From contig JBLYPW010000001.1 in assembly GCA_048538275.1 (NCBI GenBank), forward strand, positions 299,924 through 363,923: 64,000 nt of DNA, written 5' to 3'. Under the pieces are notes generated by a model. That model saw nothing but the letters and a program-made list of their open reading frames with translations, had not been told where the DNA came from and searched no databases. Source of the stretch: Candidatus Komeilibacteria bacterium (GTDB lineage: Bacteria > Patescibacteriota > Patescibacteriia > UBA1558). Below, one piece after another: positions 46,649 through 56,723 of the stretch; the first letter of the stretch is position 1, and each line of letters opens with the position of its first letter. The translations under genes and the position numbers were made by a program.

Positions 46649-48310
46649 ATGAGCAAAGTAAAGATCATGGCAATTGTAGTAATAGCTATTTTAGTGACTA
46701 TTGCTATTTATAGAACTCAGACTCAGGGGGGAGATATTAGTAGTAAATATATTATGGAAGCGGCAGCGCGGCGTAGTTTAGTGAAGACTGTATCGGCTAC
46801 CGGCTCAGTACAGTCGGCAGATAAAATAGATTTAAATTTTTCCGTCAGTGGACGGTTGCAGCGGATTAATGTAGCAGTGGGCGACGAGGTAAAGTCGGGT
46901 GATGTTTTGGCTCGTTTAGACACTAGCACACCAGGAGCAGATGTAGCGCAGGCGCGCGCTAATGTTACGGCAGCACAAGCTGATTTGGATAAAATAGAAG
47001 CAGGCGCTTCAGCGGAGGATATTGCTGTCACTGAGCAAAGCATTAAACAGGCGCAAGCTGATTTAACCTTGGCACAAAATCAGTTAGCCAGTACTGAGAG
47101 TGAGCGAGACGATAAAATAAATTCTTATCGGCAGACAGCTTTGAATGTTTTGAATAGCAAAAATTTTTACGCTCAATCTGCTCTGGATGTAATTAATACT
47201 ATTTTAAGTGATACCGATGCCGCTCCTTTGCTGGGAGTAAAAAATTCTCAATATATCACTTTAGTTAATGATAGTTATGATTCTCTTTATCCGCGTTATA
47301 ATCAAATTAATCAGTTGATAACGGCTACGGACAATAGTACTGATAATACAGCTTTATTATCAGTTTTGGATAGTGTAATAAATTATCAAAAGGAAGTATT
47401 GAATTTATTATCCAATACCTATTTATTATTGGAGAATAGTTTGACAGATGCTCAGTTTACTACGACTGAATTGGATTCTTATAAAACCAGCGTGCGTACT
47501 CAACAAACCAACTTGGACGCAGCGGTGGCAGCCCTACAAACTGCTAAAAGTAATTTAAGTAGCAATATTATTTATTATGACAATCAAGTCAAGGCAGCGC
47601 AAGACACTGTTAATAGTCGTGAACAGGCTTATATTTTAGCACAAAAACAATTAGCTCTAAAAAAAGCCGGTCCGCGTGATTTTGATGTTTCTTTGTATCA
47701 AGCGCGTTTGCAGCAAGCACAAGCTAATCTTCAGACAGCTTTGGCAAATTTGAGTAAGTATCTAATTATTGCTCCATTGGACGGCACTATTACCCAAGTA
47801 AATAAAGAAGTGGGTGAACAGGCAAATGCCACCGACATAGTGGTGCAAATGATTGGTAAATCAAAACTTGAAATTGAGGTTGATATTCCTGAAGCTGATA
47901 TTGCCCAGGTGAATCTAGGCGATGAAGCTAAGATTACTTTGGATGCTTATGGCAGTGCTTTGGAATTTGGTGGACATGTATCTTTCATAGATCCAGCAGA
48001 GACTATAATCCAGGATGTTGTTTATTATAAGGTGAAAGTTCAGTTTGATTTGCCGGACGAGGCTATTAAGCCGGGTATGACAGCTAATATTGATATTCTG
48101 GTAGATAAAAAGGATGATGTTTTAGCGGTGCCCAGCAGATCAGTTTATAGAGTAGATGGGCGTAGTGAAGTAAAAATATTGGATGCTCAAAATATAGAAC
48201 AAGTAGTTTCCGTACAAACTGGTTTACAAAGTGATGATGGCTATACAGAGATTAAGGATGGTTTATCCAGCGGTCAAATGATAATCGTAGGAGAAAAAAA
48301 TGGCAACTAA
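46649..48310 (+). CDS. Efflux transporter periplasmic adaptor (HlyD/MacA-like membrane fusion protein) with very long coiled coil
   Basis: N-terminal TM, extended Q/A-rich coiled coil, C-terminal beta-barrel region LIIAPLDGTITQV; precedes ABC ATPase/permease genes. Confidence 0.6.
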   Translation: MSKVKIMAIVVIAILVTIAIYRTQTQGGDISSKYIMEAAARRSLVKTVSATGSVQSADKIDLNFSVSGRLQRINVAVGDEVKSGDVLARLDTSTPGADVAQARANVTAAQADLDKIEAGASAEDIAVTEQSIKQAQADLTLAQNQLASTESERDDKINSYRQTALNVLNSKNFYAQSALDVINTILSDTDAAPLLGVKNSQYITLVNDSYDSLYPRYNQINQLITATDNSTDNTALLSVLDSVINYQKEVLNLLSNTYLLLENSLTDAQFTTTELDSYKTSVRTQQTNLDAAVAALQTAKSNLSSNIIYYDNQVKAAQDTVNSREQAYILAQKQLALKKAGPRDFDVSLYQARLQQAQANLQTALANLSKYLIIAPLDGTITQVNKEVGEQANATDIVVQMIGKSKLEIEVDIPEADIAQVNLGDEAKITLDAYGSALEFGGHVSFIDPAETIIQDVVYYKVKVQFDLPDEAIKPGMTANIDILVDKKDDVLAVPSRSVYRVDGRSEVKILDAQNIEQVVSVQTGLQSDDGYTEIKDGLSSGQMIIVGEKNGN

Positions 48311-49019
48311 TCTTATCACAGTTAAAGATTTGTATAAATCTTATTGGAATGATGATGTTGAGACAAAAGTGCTGCGCGGTCTAAATTTTACTATTGCCGA
48401 AGGCGAATATGTGGCTATTATGGGTCCTTCTGGTTCTGGCAAATCTACGCTAATGCATATTTTGGGTTTTTTGGACAAGGCTAGCTCTGGTCAATATTTA
48501 TTTCGTGATAAAGATGTTAGTAAGTTTAAGGGTGATCAATTAGCCGCTTTACGTAATAGTGAAGTTGGTTTTGTGTTTCAGCAATTTAATCTTTTGTCCA
48601 AAACCAGTGTATTGGAAAATGTAGAATTGCCTTTATTATATAGTTCTGTAAAAGATAAAGTAGCCATGGCGCGACAAGCAATAGCCGCAGTTGGTTTGCA
48701 ACATCGTAGCGAATATTTATCCAATCAGTTATCTGGCGGTGAAAAGCAGCGGGTGGCTATAGCACGAGCCATTGTTAATCAGCCCAAAGTTATTTTTGCC
48801 GATGAACCAACTGGCAATCTGGATTCTCGTTCTGGTAATCAGATTATGAGCGTTTTTGAAGCCTTACATAAAGCCGGTCATACAGTTATTTTGGTAACCC
48901 ACGAACAAGATACGGCAAATCACGCTGCTCGTATTTTGCAGATCAAAGACGGTCTGCTGGAGCGTGATTATGTAGTAAGTCATCAACGGACGGTAGAATC
49001 CGGTATTTTGCATAAATAA
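48300..49019 (+). CDS. ABC transporter ATP-binding protein (MacB/LolD-type)
   Basis: Walker A GPSGSGKST, signature LSGGEKQRVAIARA, Walker B IFADEPTGNLD. Confidence 0.85.
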   Translation: MATNLITVKDLYKSYWNDDVETKVLRGLNFTIAEGEYVAIMGPSGSGKSTLMHILGFLDKASSGQYLFRDKDVSKFKGDQLAALRNSEVGFVFQQFNLLSKTSVLENVELPLLYSSVKDKVAMARQAIAAVGLQHRSEYLSNQLSGGEKQRVAIARAIVNQPKVIFADEPTGNLDSRSGNQIMSVFEALHKAGHTVILVTHEQDTANHAARILQIKDGLLERDYVVSHQRTVESGILHK

Positions 49020-49021
49020 TT

Positions 49022-50266
49022 ATGGCACTGCGAGATTTTATAAAATTAGCTTGGCGGAACTTGGCTCGTAATAAATGGCGAGCCTTTTTAACGATGCTAG
49101 GTATTATTATTGGTGTGGCTGGCGTGATAATGATTTTGTCTGTTGGTGCCGGGGCGCAAAGTTTGATTTTCAATCAAATTCAAGGCTTGGGCAGTGATCT
49201 GATTGGTATTTTACCGGGAGCAGCTGATGATAATGGACCACCTGCTTCTGTCATGGGGGTGGCGGTTACCACTTTGGTAGACGGTGATTTGCAGGCTATT
49301 ATGACGGACAGCTTGACTCAATCTTCATTGCTAGCTGGCGCCGGATATGTGAGCGGCGTAGCTAAAGTCACATGGGAGAATCAACAGCTCAACACCTCTT
49401 TTACCGGTGTATCAGCCAGCTATCCGCAAGTAGAATCTACTAGTTTGGAAAGGGGGCGTTTTTATACGGACGAAGAAGATAGTAGTTTAGCCAGGGTGGC
49501 GGTGCTGGGTAATTCAGTGGCTCATGATTTATTTGCTGGTTTTGATCCTATTGGACAAAAGATAAAAATAAATAATGATATTTTTCGGGTTATAGGTGTT
49601 CTGGTGGAAAGAGGAGGTAGTTTATTAGCACAACAGGATGATGAGGTTTTTATTCCTTTACATACGGCACAGAAAGTTATGCTTGGCATCAATCATTTGA
49701 GTTATGTGCGTATTAAAGTTCAGGAAAATGCTAATTTGGATCATGCTATTGCCGACATTGAGACTATATTAAGGCAGCGACACAATATTGCCGACAGTGG
49801 CACAGATGATTTTAGCGTACGTAGTCAGACCCAAGCATTGGATGTATTGGGCAATCTCACCAATGCCTTGCGTTTATTTTTAGCTGCTATTGCCGCCATT
49901 GCCTTATTAGTGGGTGGGATTGGCATTATGAATATCATGTTAGTGTCTGTGACCGAGCGTACGGCAGAAATCGGTCTGCGTAAGGCGGTGGGCGCGCCTC
50001 GGCATGTTATTGTTTGGCAATTTTTAACAGAAGCCATTTTTATCACATTAGCGGGCGGTATTATTGGTATTATAATCGGTGCATTATTATCTGCCTTGGT
50101 GGCTGTAATTGCTCATTACCTTGGTTATTATTGGGAATTTATCGTGAGTTGGCAATCTATTTTAATTTCTTGCGGCGTGGCCGTGGGTGTGGGATTATTT
50201 TTTGGTTATTATCCGGCGCGACAAGCAGCGCGTCTGGATCCGGTGGAGGCTTTGCGTTATGAATAG
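49022..50266 (+). CDS. ABC transporter permease, FtsX/MacB family (copy 1)
   Basis: MacB-type periplasmic domain between TM1 and TM2, conserved C-terminal GIMNIMLVSVTERTAEIGLRKAVGA...GYYPA. Confidence 0.75.
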   Translation: MALRDFIKLAWRNLARNKWRAFLTMLGIIIGVAGVIMILSVGAGAQSLIFNQIQGLGSDLIGILPGAADDNGPPASVMGVAVTTLVDGDLQAIMTDSLTQSSLLAGAGYVSGVAKVTWENQQLNTSFTGVSASYPQVESTSLERGRFYTDEEDSSLARVAVLGNSVAHDLFAGFDPIGQKIKINNDIFRVIGVLVERGGSLLAQQDDEVFIPLHTAQKVMLGINHLSYVRIKVQENANLDHAIADIETILRQRHNIADSGTDDFSVRSQTQALDVLGNLTNALRLFLAAIAAIALLVGGIGIMNIMLVSVTERTAEIGLRKAVGAPRHVIVWQFLTEAIFITLAGGIIGIIIGALLSALVAVIAHYLGYYWEFIVSWQSILISCGVAVGVGLFFGYYPARQAARLDPVEALRYE

Positions 50267-51509
50267 ATTATACTCTTTTAAAATAGCCTGGCAGGCCTTA
50301 CATAAGCATAAAGTTCGTACCGCTTTGACGGTGCTCGGCATTGTTATTGGTATTGCTGCGGTAGTGATGGTATTGGCGGCCGGCGAAGGGATAAAAGGTT
50401 TTGTAAATGATCAGATTTCTGCTTTTGGTTATGATATAGTGGAAATAGAAATCAAAACTCCCAATGTAGGTAAGACGTCTACACAAAACGCCACTTCTTT
50501 AGCGAGGGGTTTGTCTATTACTACTTTGAAAATTGATGATGCCAAAGCCTTAAAAAATTTTTCCTATGTGCGAGAAGTCAATGTTGGCTTGATTGATCAG
50601 GAGGTTTTAAATTATCAAGGCAATACCAAAACTAGTATGGTATTTGGTACGGATGAAAATTTTTCTAATCTGTATAATATGGAAATAGGCGAGGGTATTG
50701 ATTTAACCCCAGCCGACAATGAATCTCAGGCCAGGGTAGTAGTTTTAGGTTCAGTTTTAAAGGATAAGTTATTTGGTATTCGGCCGGCATTGGGTCAGCT
50801 GGTCAAGATTCGTAATAAAAATTTTAAAGTTATTGGTATCTACAAACCTAAGGGTATGAGTTTTTTTATGGATATGGATAGTATGGCGGTAGTACCGATA
50901 CGTACTTTACAAAAACAATTAATGGGCGTAGATCACATTTCATATATGATGGTAAAGTTGGCAGATAAGTCCTGGGTAGATCGCGCGGTGTTGGATTTTA
51001 CTGAAGTGTTGCGTAAGCGGCACAATATAATAGAACGTGATCCAGATAAATATGATTTTTCTGTTAATACTATGCAGGAGGCAGTTTCTATGGTCAATAA
51101 TATTTTAGGCGGAGTGACTTTATTATTATTAGCTATTGCTGGTATTTCCTTATTGGTTGGCGGCGTTGGTATTATGAATATTATGTATGTTTCAGTTACA
51201 GAACGCACTTATGAGATTGGTTTACGTAAAGCCGTTGGTGCTCGTCGCGAGGATATATTAAAACAATTTTTATGGGAAGCGGCTTTGATTACTTTTGGCG
51301 GTGCCGTGGTGGGGATTATTCTCGGTGGACTATTAGCTTATGTAGTGGCTTTGGTGGCTCGTAGTCAGGGTCTTGATTGGCCATTTGCCATGCCACCGCA
51401 AGCTGTCTTAACGGCTACTGCCATTGCCATTGCCATTGGTTTGATTTTCGGTTATTATCCGGCTCGGCGGGCGGCGCGTTTGGATCCTATAGACGCTTTA
51501 AGACAATAA
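50259..51509 (+). CDS. ABC transporter permease, FtsX/MacB family (copy 2; start chosen at MNRLYSF overlapping upstream stop by 8 bp)
   Basis: Same architecture; GIMNIMYVSVTERTYEIGLRKAVGA...GYYPA. Confidence 0.75.
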   Translation: MNRLYSFKIAWQALHKHKVRTALTVLGIVIGIAAVVMVLAAGEGIKGFVNDQISAFGYDIVEIEIKTPNVGKTSTQNATSLARGLSITTLKIDDAKALKNFSYVREVNVGLIDQEVLNYQGNTKTSMVFGTDENFSNLYNMEIGEGIDLTPADNESQARVVVLGSVLKDKLFGIRPALGQLVKIRNKNFKVIGIYKPKGMSFFMDMDSMAVVPIRTLQKQLMGVDHISYMMVKLADKSWVDRAVLDFTEVLRKRHNIIERDPDKYDFSVNTMQEAVSMVNNILGGVTLLLLAIAGISLLVGGVGIMNIMYVSVTERTYEIGLRKAVGARREDILKQFLWEAALITFGGAVVGIILGGLLAYVVALVARSQGLDWPFAMPPQAVLTATAIAIAIGLIFGYYPARRAARLDPIDALRQ

Positions 51510-51511
51510 TT

Positions 51512-52000
51512 ATGGCTATTAGCAAGCTAACAGTTAAAATAACCAACAAAACTCGCCTGCAGGCAAAAATAAAGCTTTTGGGCGCTCGTTTGCAGAAACG
51601 TGAACATCAGATTGACGTGTATTATCAAAAATCCGTTAAAGATAGGCCGATCAGAATACGAAAAAATTTGACTAGGGGTATAGCTAGTTTGGATTATCAG
51701 GCAGATAAGCAGTGGTCAGCACGTATCAATGATGGCAATATGCTGGATGTTATTTTTCAGCATTTACGTATTAAAGAAATAGCCACACTGGATAAGATGC
51801 GTAGTACTTATGTTTATAAAAATTTTATTTTTGATTTAGACGAAATTAAAAGCAAGGGTTCTTATCTTACCTTACGCAGTAGGGGAATGACGCCAAAGCG
51901 TGGGCACAAAGCTTTGACTGACATATTGGCAGACCTTGGTTTGTCTAAGCAGCCATTGATCAAACAAGATTATTGGCAATTGATAACACAAAAAAAATAA
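51512..52000 (+). CDS. CYTH-domain protein (class IV adenylyl cyclase/thiamine-triphosphatase-like), tentative
   Basis: ~160-aa; E.E.K pattern, R.R, L..LG spacing consistent with CYTH fold; ORF track start 51377 judged too early. Confidence 0.45.
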   Translation: MAISKLTVKITNKTRLQAKIKLLGARLQKREHQIDVYYQKSVKDRPIRIRKNLTRGIASLDYQADKQWSARINDGNMLDVIFQHLRIKEIATLDKMRSTYVYKNFIFDLDEIKSKGSYLTLRSRGMTPKRGHKALTDILADLGLSKQPLIKQDYWQLITQKK

Positions 52001-52030
52001 CCCAGCGCTGAATGAAGCTGGGTTATTAAA
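51999..52030. terminator. Bidirectional rho-independent terminator
   Basis: aacccagc/gctgggtt stem flanked by A-run and T-rich run, between convergent genes. Confidence 0.55.
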
Positions 52031-52048
52031 TTTACAATTTATTTCATT

Positions 52049-52297
52049 TTATACCGGGCGCATAGTCCGGCATGTCAAAATATCGTCCCAAGCGCAAACA
52101 AATGATGTCAGCACGCCGCTGCTCATACATTCATCATTGATGATATCCCCGAGGCACAATTTTTGGTCAGGATTGTTTTTTAATCCGGCTAGCAATGTGC
52201 GAATAAAGCTGTCTTTTGAAGATAAGTTTTCCAGCTCTGCTTGCTGCGAATTTGTCAGCTCGCTATAGCTGACTCTTTCATCTGTTAGATTTGTCAT
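52049..52297 (-). CDS. Small hypothetical protein with Cys-containing C-terminus
   Basis: 82-aa ORF, divergent from rarA. Confidence 0.35.
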   Translation of the reverse strand: MTNLTDERVSYSELTNSQQAELENLSSKDSFIRTLLAGLKNNPDQKLCLGDIINDECMSSGVLTSFVCAWDDILTCRTMRPV

Positions 52298-52405
52298 AAA
52301 ACCTCCTTATTTGTTTTATATTTCGCAGGTACTAATATAGTTATATATCACAAATTTTAAGACTTGTCAATGGTGAGGTAGCATAATAAGTGTTAATATA
52401 GATTT

Positions 52406-53650
52406 ATGGATTTATTTGATAAGAACTTAGATAGTGCTCGGCCTTTAGCCGATCGTATGCGTCCCCAAGATTGGACCCAGTTTTTTGGTCAGGCAGATAT
52501 TGTGGCTAAGGATAAAATTTTACGTCAGGCCATTGCTAATGATCAGCTTCCATCCATGATATTTTGGGGGCCTCCTGGTACGGGCAAGACTACTTTAGCA
52601 ACAATTATTGCTGAACAGACTAATTCTATTTTTGTTCAGCTATCGGCTGTGACCAGCGGCAAGAAAGATTTACAAACAGTGATTGAGCAGGCGCAACGCC
52701 AGCTAAAAGAGCAACAAACTCAGACGATTTTGTTTGTGGATGAAATTCATCGTTGGAATAAAGCTCAGCAAGATGCTTTATTGCCGTATGTAGAAAAGGG
52801 AGTTGTCACATTGATTGGCGCTACTACTGAAAATCCATCTTTTGAGATTATTTCCGCTTTATTATCTCGCTGCCGGGTATTTGTTTTGCATGCTTTGACA
52901 GAAGCGGACATTTTGAAGATTTTGCGTAAAGCTTTGCAAGATAAAGATCGTGGACTAGGCAAACTTGCTATTAAAGTCAGTGCCAAAGACTTGACTTATC
53001 TGGCTAGTTTATCGGCCGGTGATGCACGAGCGGCACTGAATGCTTTGGAGTTTGCTGTTTTGACTAAACTTAAGAAAAAAAGCAGCGGCGAGATCAATCG
53101 TAATGATATTGAACAAGCCATGCAAAGCAGTAGCTTGTATTATGATAAGGCAGGCGAAGAGCATTATAATATTATTTCCGCTCTCCATAAAAGTATGCGT
53201 GGTTCGGATGCTGATGCAGCTTTATATTATTTAGGAAGAATGTTAGAGGCGGGAGAAAGCCCTCTTTATGTGGCGCGACGTTTGATTCGTTTCGCTTCCG
53301 AGGATATTGGTTTGGCCAATTCACAGGCTTTGGTACAGGCAGTAGCGGCCTATCAGGCTTGCCATGATATTGGCATGCCGGAGTGTGAGTTGGCGCTTGC
53401 TCAGGCTGTAGTTTATATGGCAAAATGTAAGAAGAGTAATGAATTGTATCGTGCTTATGGTAAAGTAAAGCAGGATGTCAAAGCTACGATGCATTTACCA
53501 GTGCCTTTGCACTTACGCAATGCTGCAACCAAGTTAATGCAAGATGTCGGCTATGGTCAGGGTTATAAATATTCTCCGGATCATAATTATGAAGAAAAAC
53601 AAGAATATTTGCCGGAGGAGTTGAAGAATAAAAGGTATTTAGATCAGTAA
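52406..53650 (+). CDS. rarA: Replication-associated recombination protein A (RarA/MgsA AAA+ ATPase)
   Basis: MRPQ...FWGPPGTGKTTLATIIA Walker A, LFVDEIHRWNKAQQDALLP, C-terminal MgsA domains. Confidence 0.85.
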   Translation: MDLFDKNLDSARPLADRMRPQDWTQFFGQADIVAKDKILRQAIANDQLPSMIFWGPPGTGKTTLATIIAEQTNSIFVQLSAVTSGKKDLQTVIEQAQRQLKEQQTQTILFVDEIHRWNKAQQDALLPYVEKGVVTLIGATTENPSFEIISALLSRCRVFVLHALTEADILKILRKALQDKDRGLGKLAIKVSAKDLTYLASLSAGDARAALNALEFAVLTKLKKKSSGEINRNDIEQAMQSSSLYYDKAGEEHYNIISALHKSMRGSDADAALYYLGRMLEAGESPLYVARRLIRFASEDIGLANSQALVQAVAAYQACHDIGMPECELALAQAVVYMAKCKKSNELYRAYGKVKQDVKATMHLPVPLHLRNAATKLMQDVGYGQGYKYSPDHNYEEKQEYLPEELKNKRYLDQ

Positions 53651-53687
53651 ACGCATTTATCAATATTACAATTAAATAGTGTAAATT

Positions 53688-53918
53688 ATGTCCAATATAA
53701 AAATTGGAAAATATCGTCATTACAAAGGCAAAGATTATGAAGTCATCGGCGTAGCGCATCATAGCGAGACTTTAGAGGAGTTAGTAGTGTATCGGGCTTT
53801 GTATGATTCGGAAGAATTTGGTCCTCACGCTCTTTGGGTTAGACCAAAAGCAATGTTTATGGAGAATATTAGTATCGCCGGAGTGCTTAAGCCGCGCTTT
53901 AAGTATTTAAACGAGTAG
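53688..53918 (+). CDS. DUF1653 family protein
   Basis: KYRHYKGKDYEVIGVAHHSETLEELVVYRALY...WVRP motif typical of DUF1653. Confidence 0.55.
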   Translation: MSNIKIGKYRHYKGKDYEVIGVAHHSETLEELVVYRALYDSEEFGPHALWVRPKAMFMENISIAGVLKPRFKYLNE

Positions 53919-54040
53919 TGCTTATGTACTCCTGCGGCAGGGGGATGAGCAGGGTAGATTAAGGTTGTTTATAGTTTCTTATTATATGACACAAAAAATA
54001 GATTGGGTAAATTGATGAAAATAACTATTGACAGTAGAAG

Positions 54041-54071
54041 AAAACCGCCCCAATGGTTAGAGCGGTTTTTA
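54041..54071. terminator. Bidirectional rho-independent terminator
   Basis: aaccgc/gcggtt stem with 13-nt loop, A-run upstream and T-run downstream. Confidence 0.5.
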
Positions 54072-54086
54072 AATTTTCTTCTCGGT

Positions 54087-54338
54087 TCACTCCGTCGCTA
54101 GAGAATTAGCAATGTTTTCTAGATACTGAGCGACTTCATATTCACTACCTACCGGCATTAATTTTTGAGCCAAATCGCGCAAACAATCAATGACAGTTGG
54201 TTTATCTGCTTTGTCTAGTTGAGCGAGATGTATAATGTCGGCCAGATCTTTAATAAAAGTTAGTTTTTCTGGAGTTGTGTTTTGTAAAATTTTCTCCATT
54301 TTAAGAAAAACTAAAGTGATCCATATTTTCTTAGCCAT
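54087..54338 (-). CDS. Hypothetical protein
   Basis: 83-aa ORF. Confidence 0.35.
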   Translation of the reverse strand: MAKKIWITLVFLKMEKILQNTTPEKLTFIKDLADIIHLAQLDKADKPTVIDCLRDLAQKLMPVGSEYEVAQYLENIANSLATE

Positions 54339-54486
54339 AATAACCTCCTTGGCTAAATGTGCGATCTATTTATATCAAACCATTTATGCTTTATGAATGT
54401 CAACTTTCATATTGACTTTCTTTTGTTTTACACAAAGTTAAAAAATTGTTATAATTTAGTAGTTATTTTTATCACATTATATTACT

Positions 54487-54810
54487 ATGCAACCAGACAA
54501 ATGGGCAGAAATCAAAAATAAGATCAACAGCAGTTTTGAGGTGGTGGAAAACAATACAGAGGAGAATAAGGAGCAAAGGGAAACAATAGAAACGGTGGTT
54601 TTTAAGGGGCCTGCCGGTAAAATTCGTTTGGCTTATCGCACTCATCCGCGCGTTTTGGATAAGAAAACCACTTATTCAAATCGTATTGGTAGCGATGTAA
54701 AGGTGGATTATATTCTGTCTGATACAGAATACGCTCATGAGTTGACGGCTTGGCAATGGGATGAGGCTCAGGAGGAGTGGGTAGCCATGGACGCTAGTAC
54801 TTGGCAATAA
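54487..54810 (+). CDS. Hypothetical protein
   Basis: 107-aa ORF. Confidence 0.35.
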   Translation: MQPDKWAEIKNKINSSFEVVENNTEENKEQRETIETVVFKGPAGKIRLAYRTHPRVLDKKTTYSNRIGSDVKVDYILSDTEYAHELTAWQWDEAQEEWVAMDASTWQ

Positions 54811-54835
54811 AAATTATAATTAATTGATATAACAA

Positions 54836-55591
54836 ATGTATTATTTAAGCGCCGTAATATTGATTATTTTGATCAGTATTCGTCAAATCAATCAGTTTCA
54901 AAGAGGCGTTAAGTTTACCTTGGGGCGCTATACATCTACCTTGAAACCGGGCTGGCATTTAGTGTGGCCTATTTTTCAAAGCATGACACGCATTGATGTA
55001 CGCGTCAAAGCGGTAGATGTGCCCGATCAAGAAGCGATCACTAAAGATAATATTTCTACCACAATCAATGCGGTAATTTATTATAAAGTGGCAGATGTCG
55101 CTAAAGCGGTAATAGAAGTAGAAAATTTTTATTATGCTATTTCTCAGCTAGCGCAAACCACTATGCGTAATATAGTCGGTGAGGTAGATTTAGATGAATT
55201 ATTATCTGAGCGTGATAGAATATCAAATCGTATTAAAGAAATAGTGGATCAAGCTACTGATCCTTGGGGTATTAAGGTGGAAAATGTTGATTTGAAAGAC
55301 ATATCTTTACCTGAAGAGATGAAACGTACTATTGCTAAGCAAGCAGAAGCAGAACGAGAAAAACGGGCTGTCATTATAAAGGCGGAAGGAGAAAAGATAG
55401 CAGCGGAAAATATGTCGGCGGCAGCCAGACAGCTATCGGCAGCTCCAGGCGCTTTACATTTGCGTACCTTGCAATCTATTAATGATATGTCGTCAGACCA
55501 GTCTAATACAGTGGTGTTTGCAGTTCCTTTGGAAATATTGCGGGCATTAGATGGTTGGCAAAAAAATCAGGATAATAATAAGAAGGATTAA
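54836..55591 (+). CDS. SPFH/band-7 (stomatin/prohibitin-like) domain protein
   Basis: N-terminal TM followed by SPFH core (VDVRV...DQEAITKDNISTTINAVIYYKV...) and coiled-coil EAEREKRA tail. Confidence 0.8.
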   Translation: MYYLSAVILIILISIRQINQFQRGVKFTLGRYTSTLKPGWHLVWPIFQSMTRIDVRVKAVDVPDQEAITKDNISTTINAVIYYKVADVAKAVIEVENFYYAISQLAQTTMRNIVGEVDLDELLSERDRISNRIKEIVDQATDPWGIKVENVDLKDISLPEEMKRTIAKQAEAEREKRAVIIKAEGEKIAAENMSAAARQLSAAPGALHLRTLQSINDMSSDQSNTVVFAVPLEILRALDGWQKNQDNNKKD

Positions 55592-55593
55592 TT

Positions 55594-56043
55594 ATGCGTA
55601 GTACCAAGTTTGTTTTTTTCACCATTTTGCTGCTCTTAACAGCGGTTTTGATTTTTATTATTGTAGGAGAAAGTGATAATTTTGCGAGTGATAAAATGAT
55701 TGACAAATCGCCACAGTCCAATATTGCTGATAATACTGAGCCTATTGTGATGAGCGTAATTCATTATCAATCAACGGTGCGAGATATCTTACTTCGTTGG
55801 CAAGAGGCTTTGCAGACCGATGTAGTCACTCCGCCGGTGGCTATGGAGCAGTTACGTGAGCAATTATTGGCGCTTGATAATATTCCTATTGATTTAAAGG
55901 ACTTACATTTTATGTTGGTAGTGTCATTTAGTAGAGCTTTACAAGGAGAGATCGGACAGGCACAAAGCGTTTGGGAAGAATTAAGTAATACGTATACTTG
56001 GTTAGCAGATAGTTTGTCGTTTTTTATAAATTTATCTAAATGA
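55594..56043 (+). CDS. Hypothetical membrane-anchored protein
   Basis: 149-aa ORF with N-terminal TM; overlaps next ORF by 4 bp. Confidence 0.4.
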   Translation: MRSTKFVFFTILLLLTAVLIFIIVGESDNFASDKMIDKSPQSNIADNTEPIVMSVIHYQSTVRDILLRWQEALQTDVVTPPVAMEQLREQLLALDNIPIDLKDLHFMLVVSFSRALQGEIGQAQSVWEELSNTYTWLADSLSFFINLSK

Positions 56044-56720
56044 TTTTAGTTAATCGTTTTTTTACTTATTTTTTACCGGGTTTTTATTGGCTAAGCGCAT
56101 TGCTGTGGTTAGTGCATCCAGCTTGGGTATTTGCTTCTTTGGCTATTTTACTACTTTTATTGTTGTTATATGCTTTGCTCAATCGCCAGGATGATGGTAG
56201 GGACATTAGCATTTGGTTAACCTTGGGTCGTTCATTATTATTGCTACTGATTAGTGTTGGTATATTAATTTTATTACCTCAGGGCTGGGCTTATGTCGGC
56301 GTGGCCACGGTTTGGACGGGTTTATTTTATTTATTATTGAGTGATCATTGGGTTCGTAAACATCCTTTCTTACAACGTCGTTTATGGCTGACCGGCAATG
56401 CCGCTGTGTTGTATACCGCTTGGTTATTTTTTTCTGCTTTAGTAGTTGTTTATAATTTTATTTTATTGTTAAACTGGCCATTATGGCAGGCATTGTTGGT
56501 GATGGCAATATTGTGGTGGTTATTGTTATTATTGGCTCCAGAGTGGCTTTGGTCTGGCATTCATTGGCGCTGGTTACCGGTGCATTGGTTTATTAATTTA
56601 GAGTTGGTGGTGGTGTTGTATTATTTGCCAGCAGATATTTATATAAAAAGTTTTATTATAACCATTCATTGGTTAGCCCTAGCGCATTATAATAGAAAAA
56701 AATTATTAATTGTAAAATAA
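56040..56720 (+). CDS. Polytopic membrane protein (hypothetical)
   Basis: 226-aa, ~6 hydrophobic helices, Trp/Leu-rich. Confidence 0.4.
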   Translation: MILVNRFFTYFLPGFYWLSALLWLVHPAWVFASLAILLLLLLLYALLNRQDDGRDISIWLTLGRSLLLLLISVGILILLPQGWAYVGVATVWTGLFYLLLSDHWVRKHPFLQRRLWLTGNAAVLYTAWLFFSALVVVYNFILLLNWPLWQALLVMAILWWLLLLLAPEWLWSGIHWRWLPVHWFINLELVVVLYYLPADIYIKSFIITIHWLALAHYNRKKLLIVK

Positions 56721-56723
56721 TAT

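Noticed and set aside
51377-51511. Extended 5' start of the CYTH-like gene overlapping the permease gene
   Set aside because: Cys/His-rich low-complexity extension out of character and overlapping a well-supported permease C-terminus; start moved to 51512.
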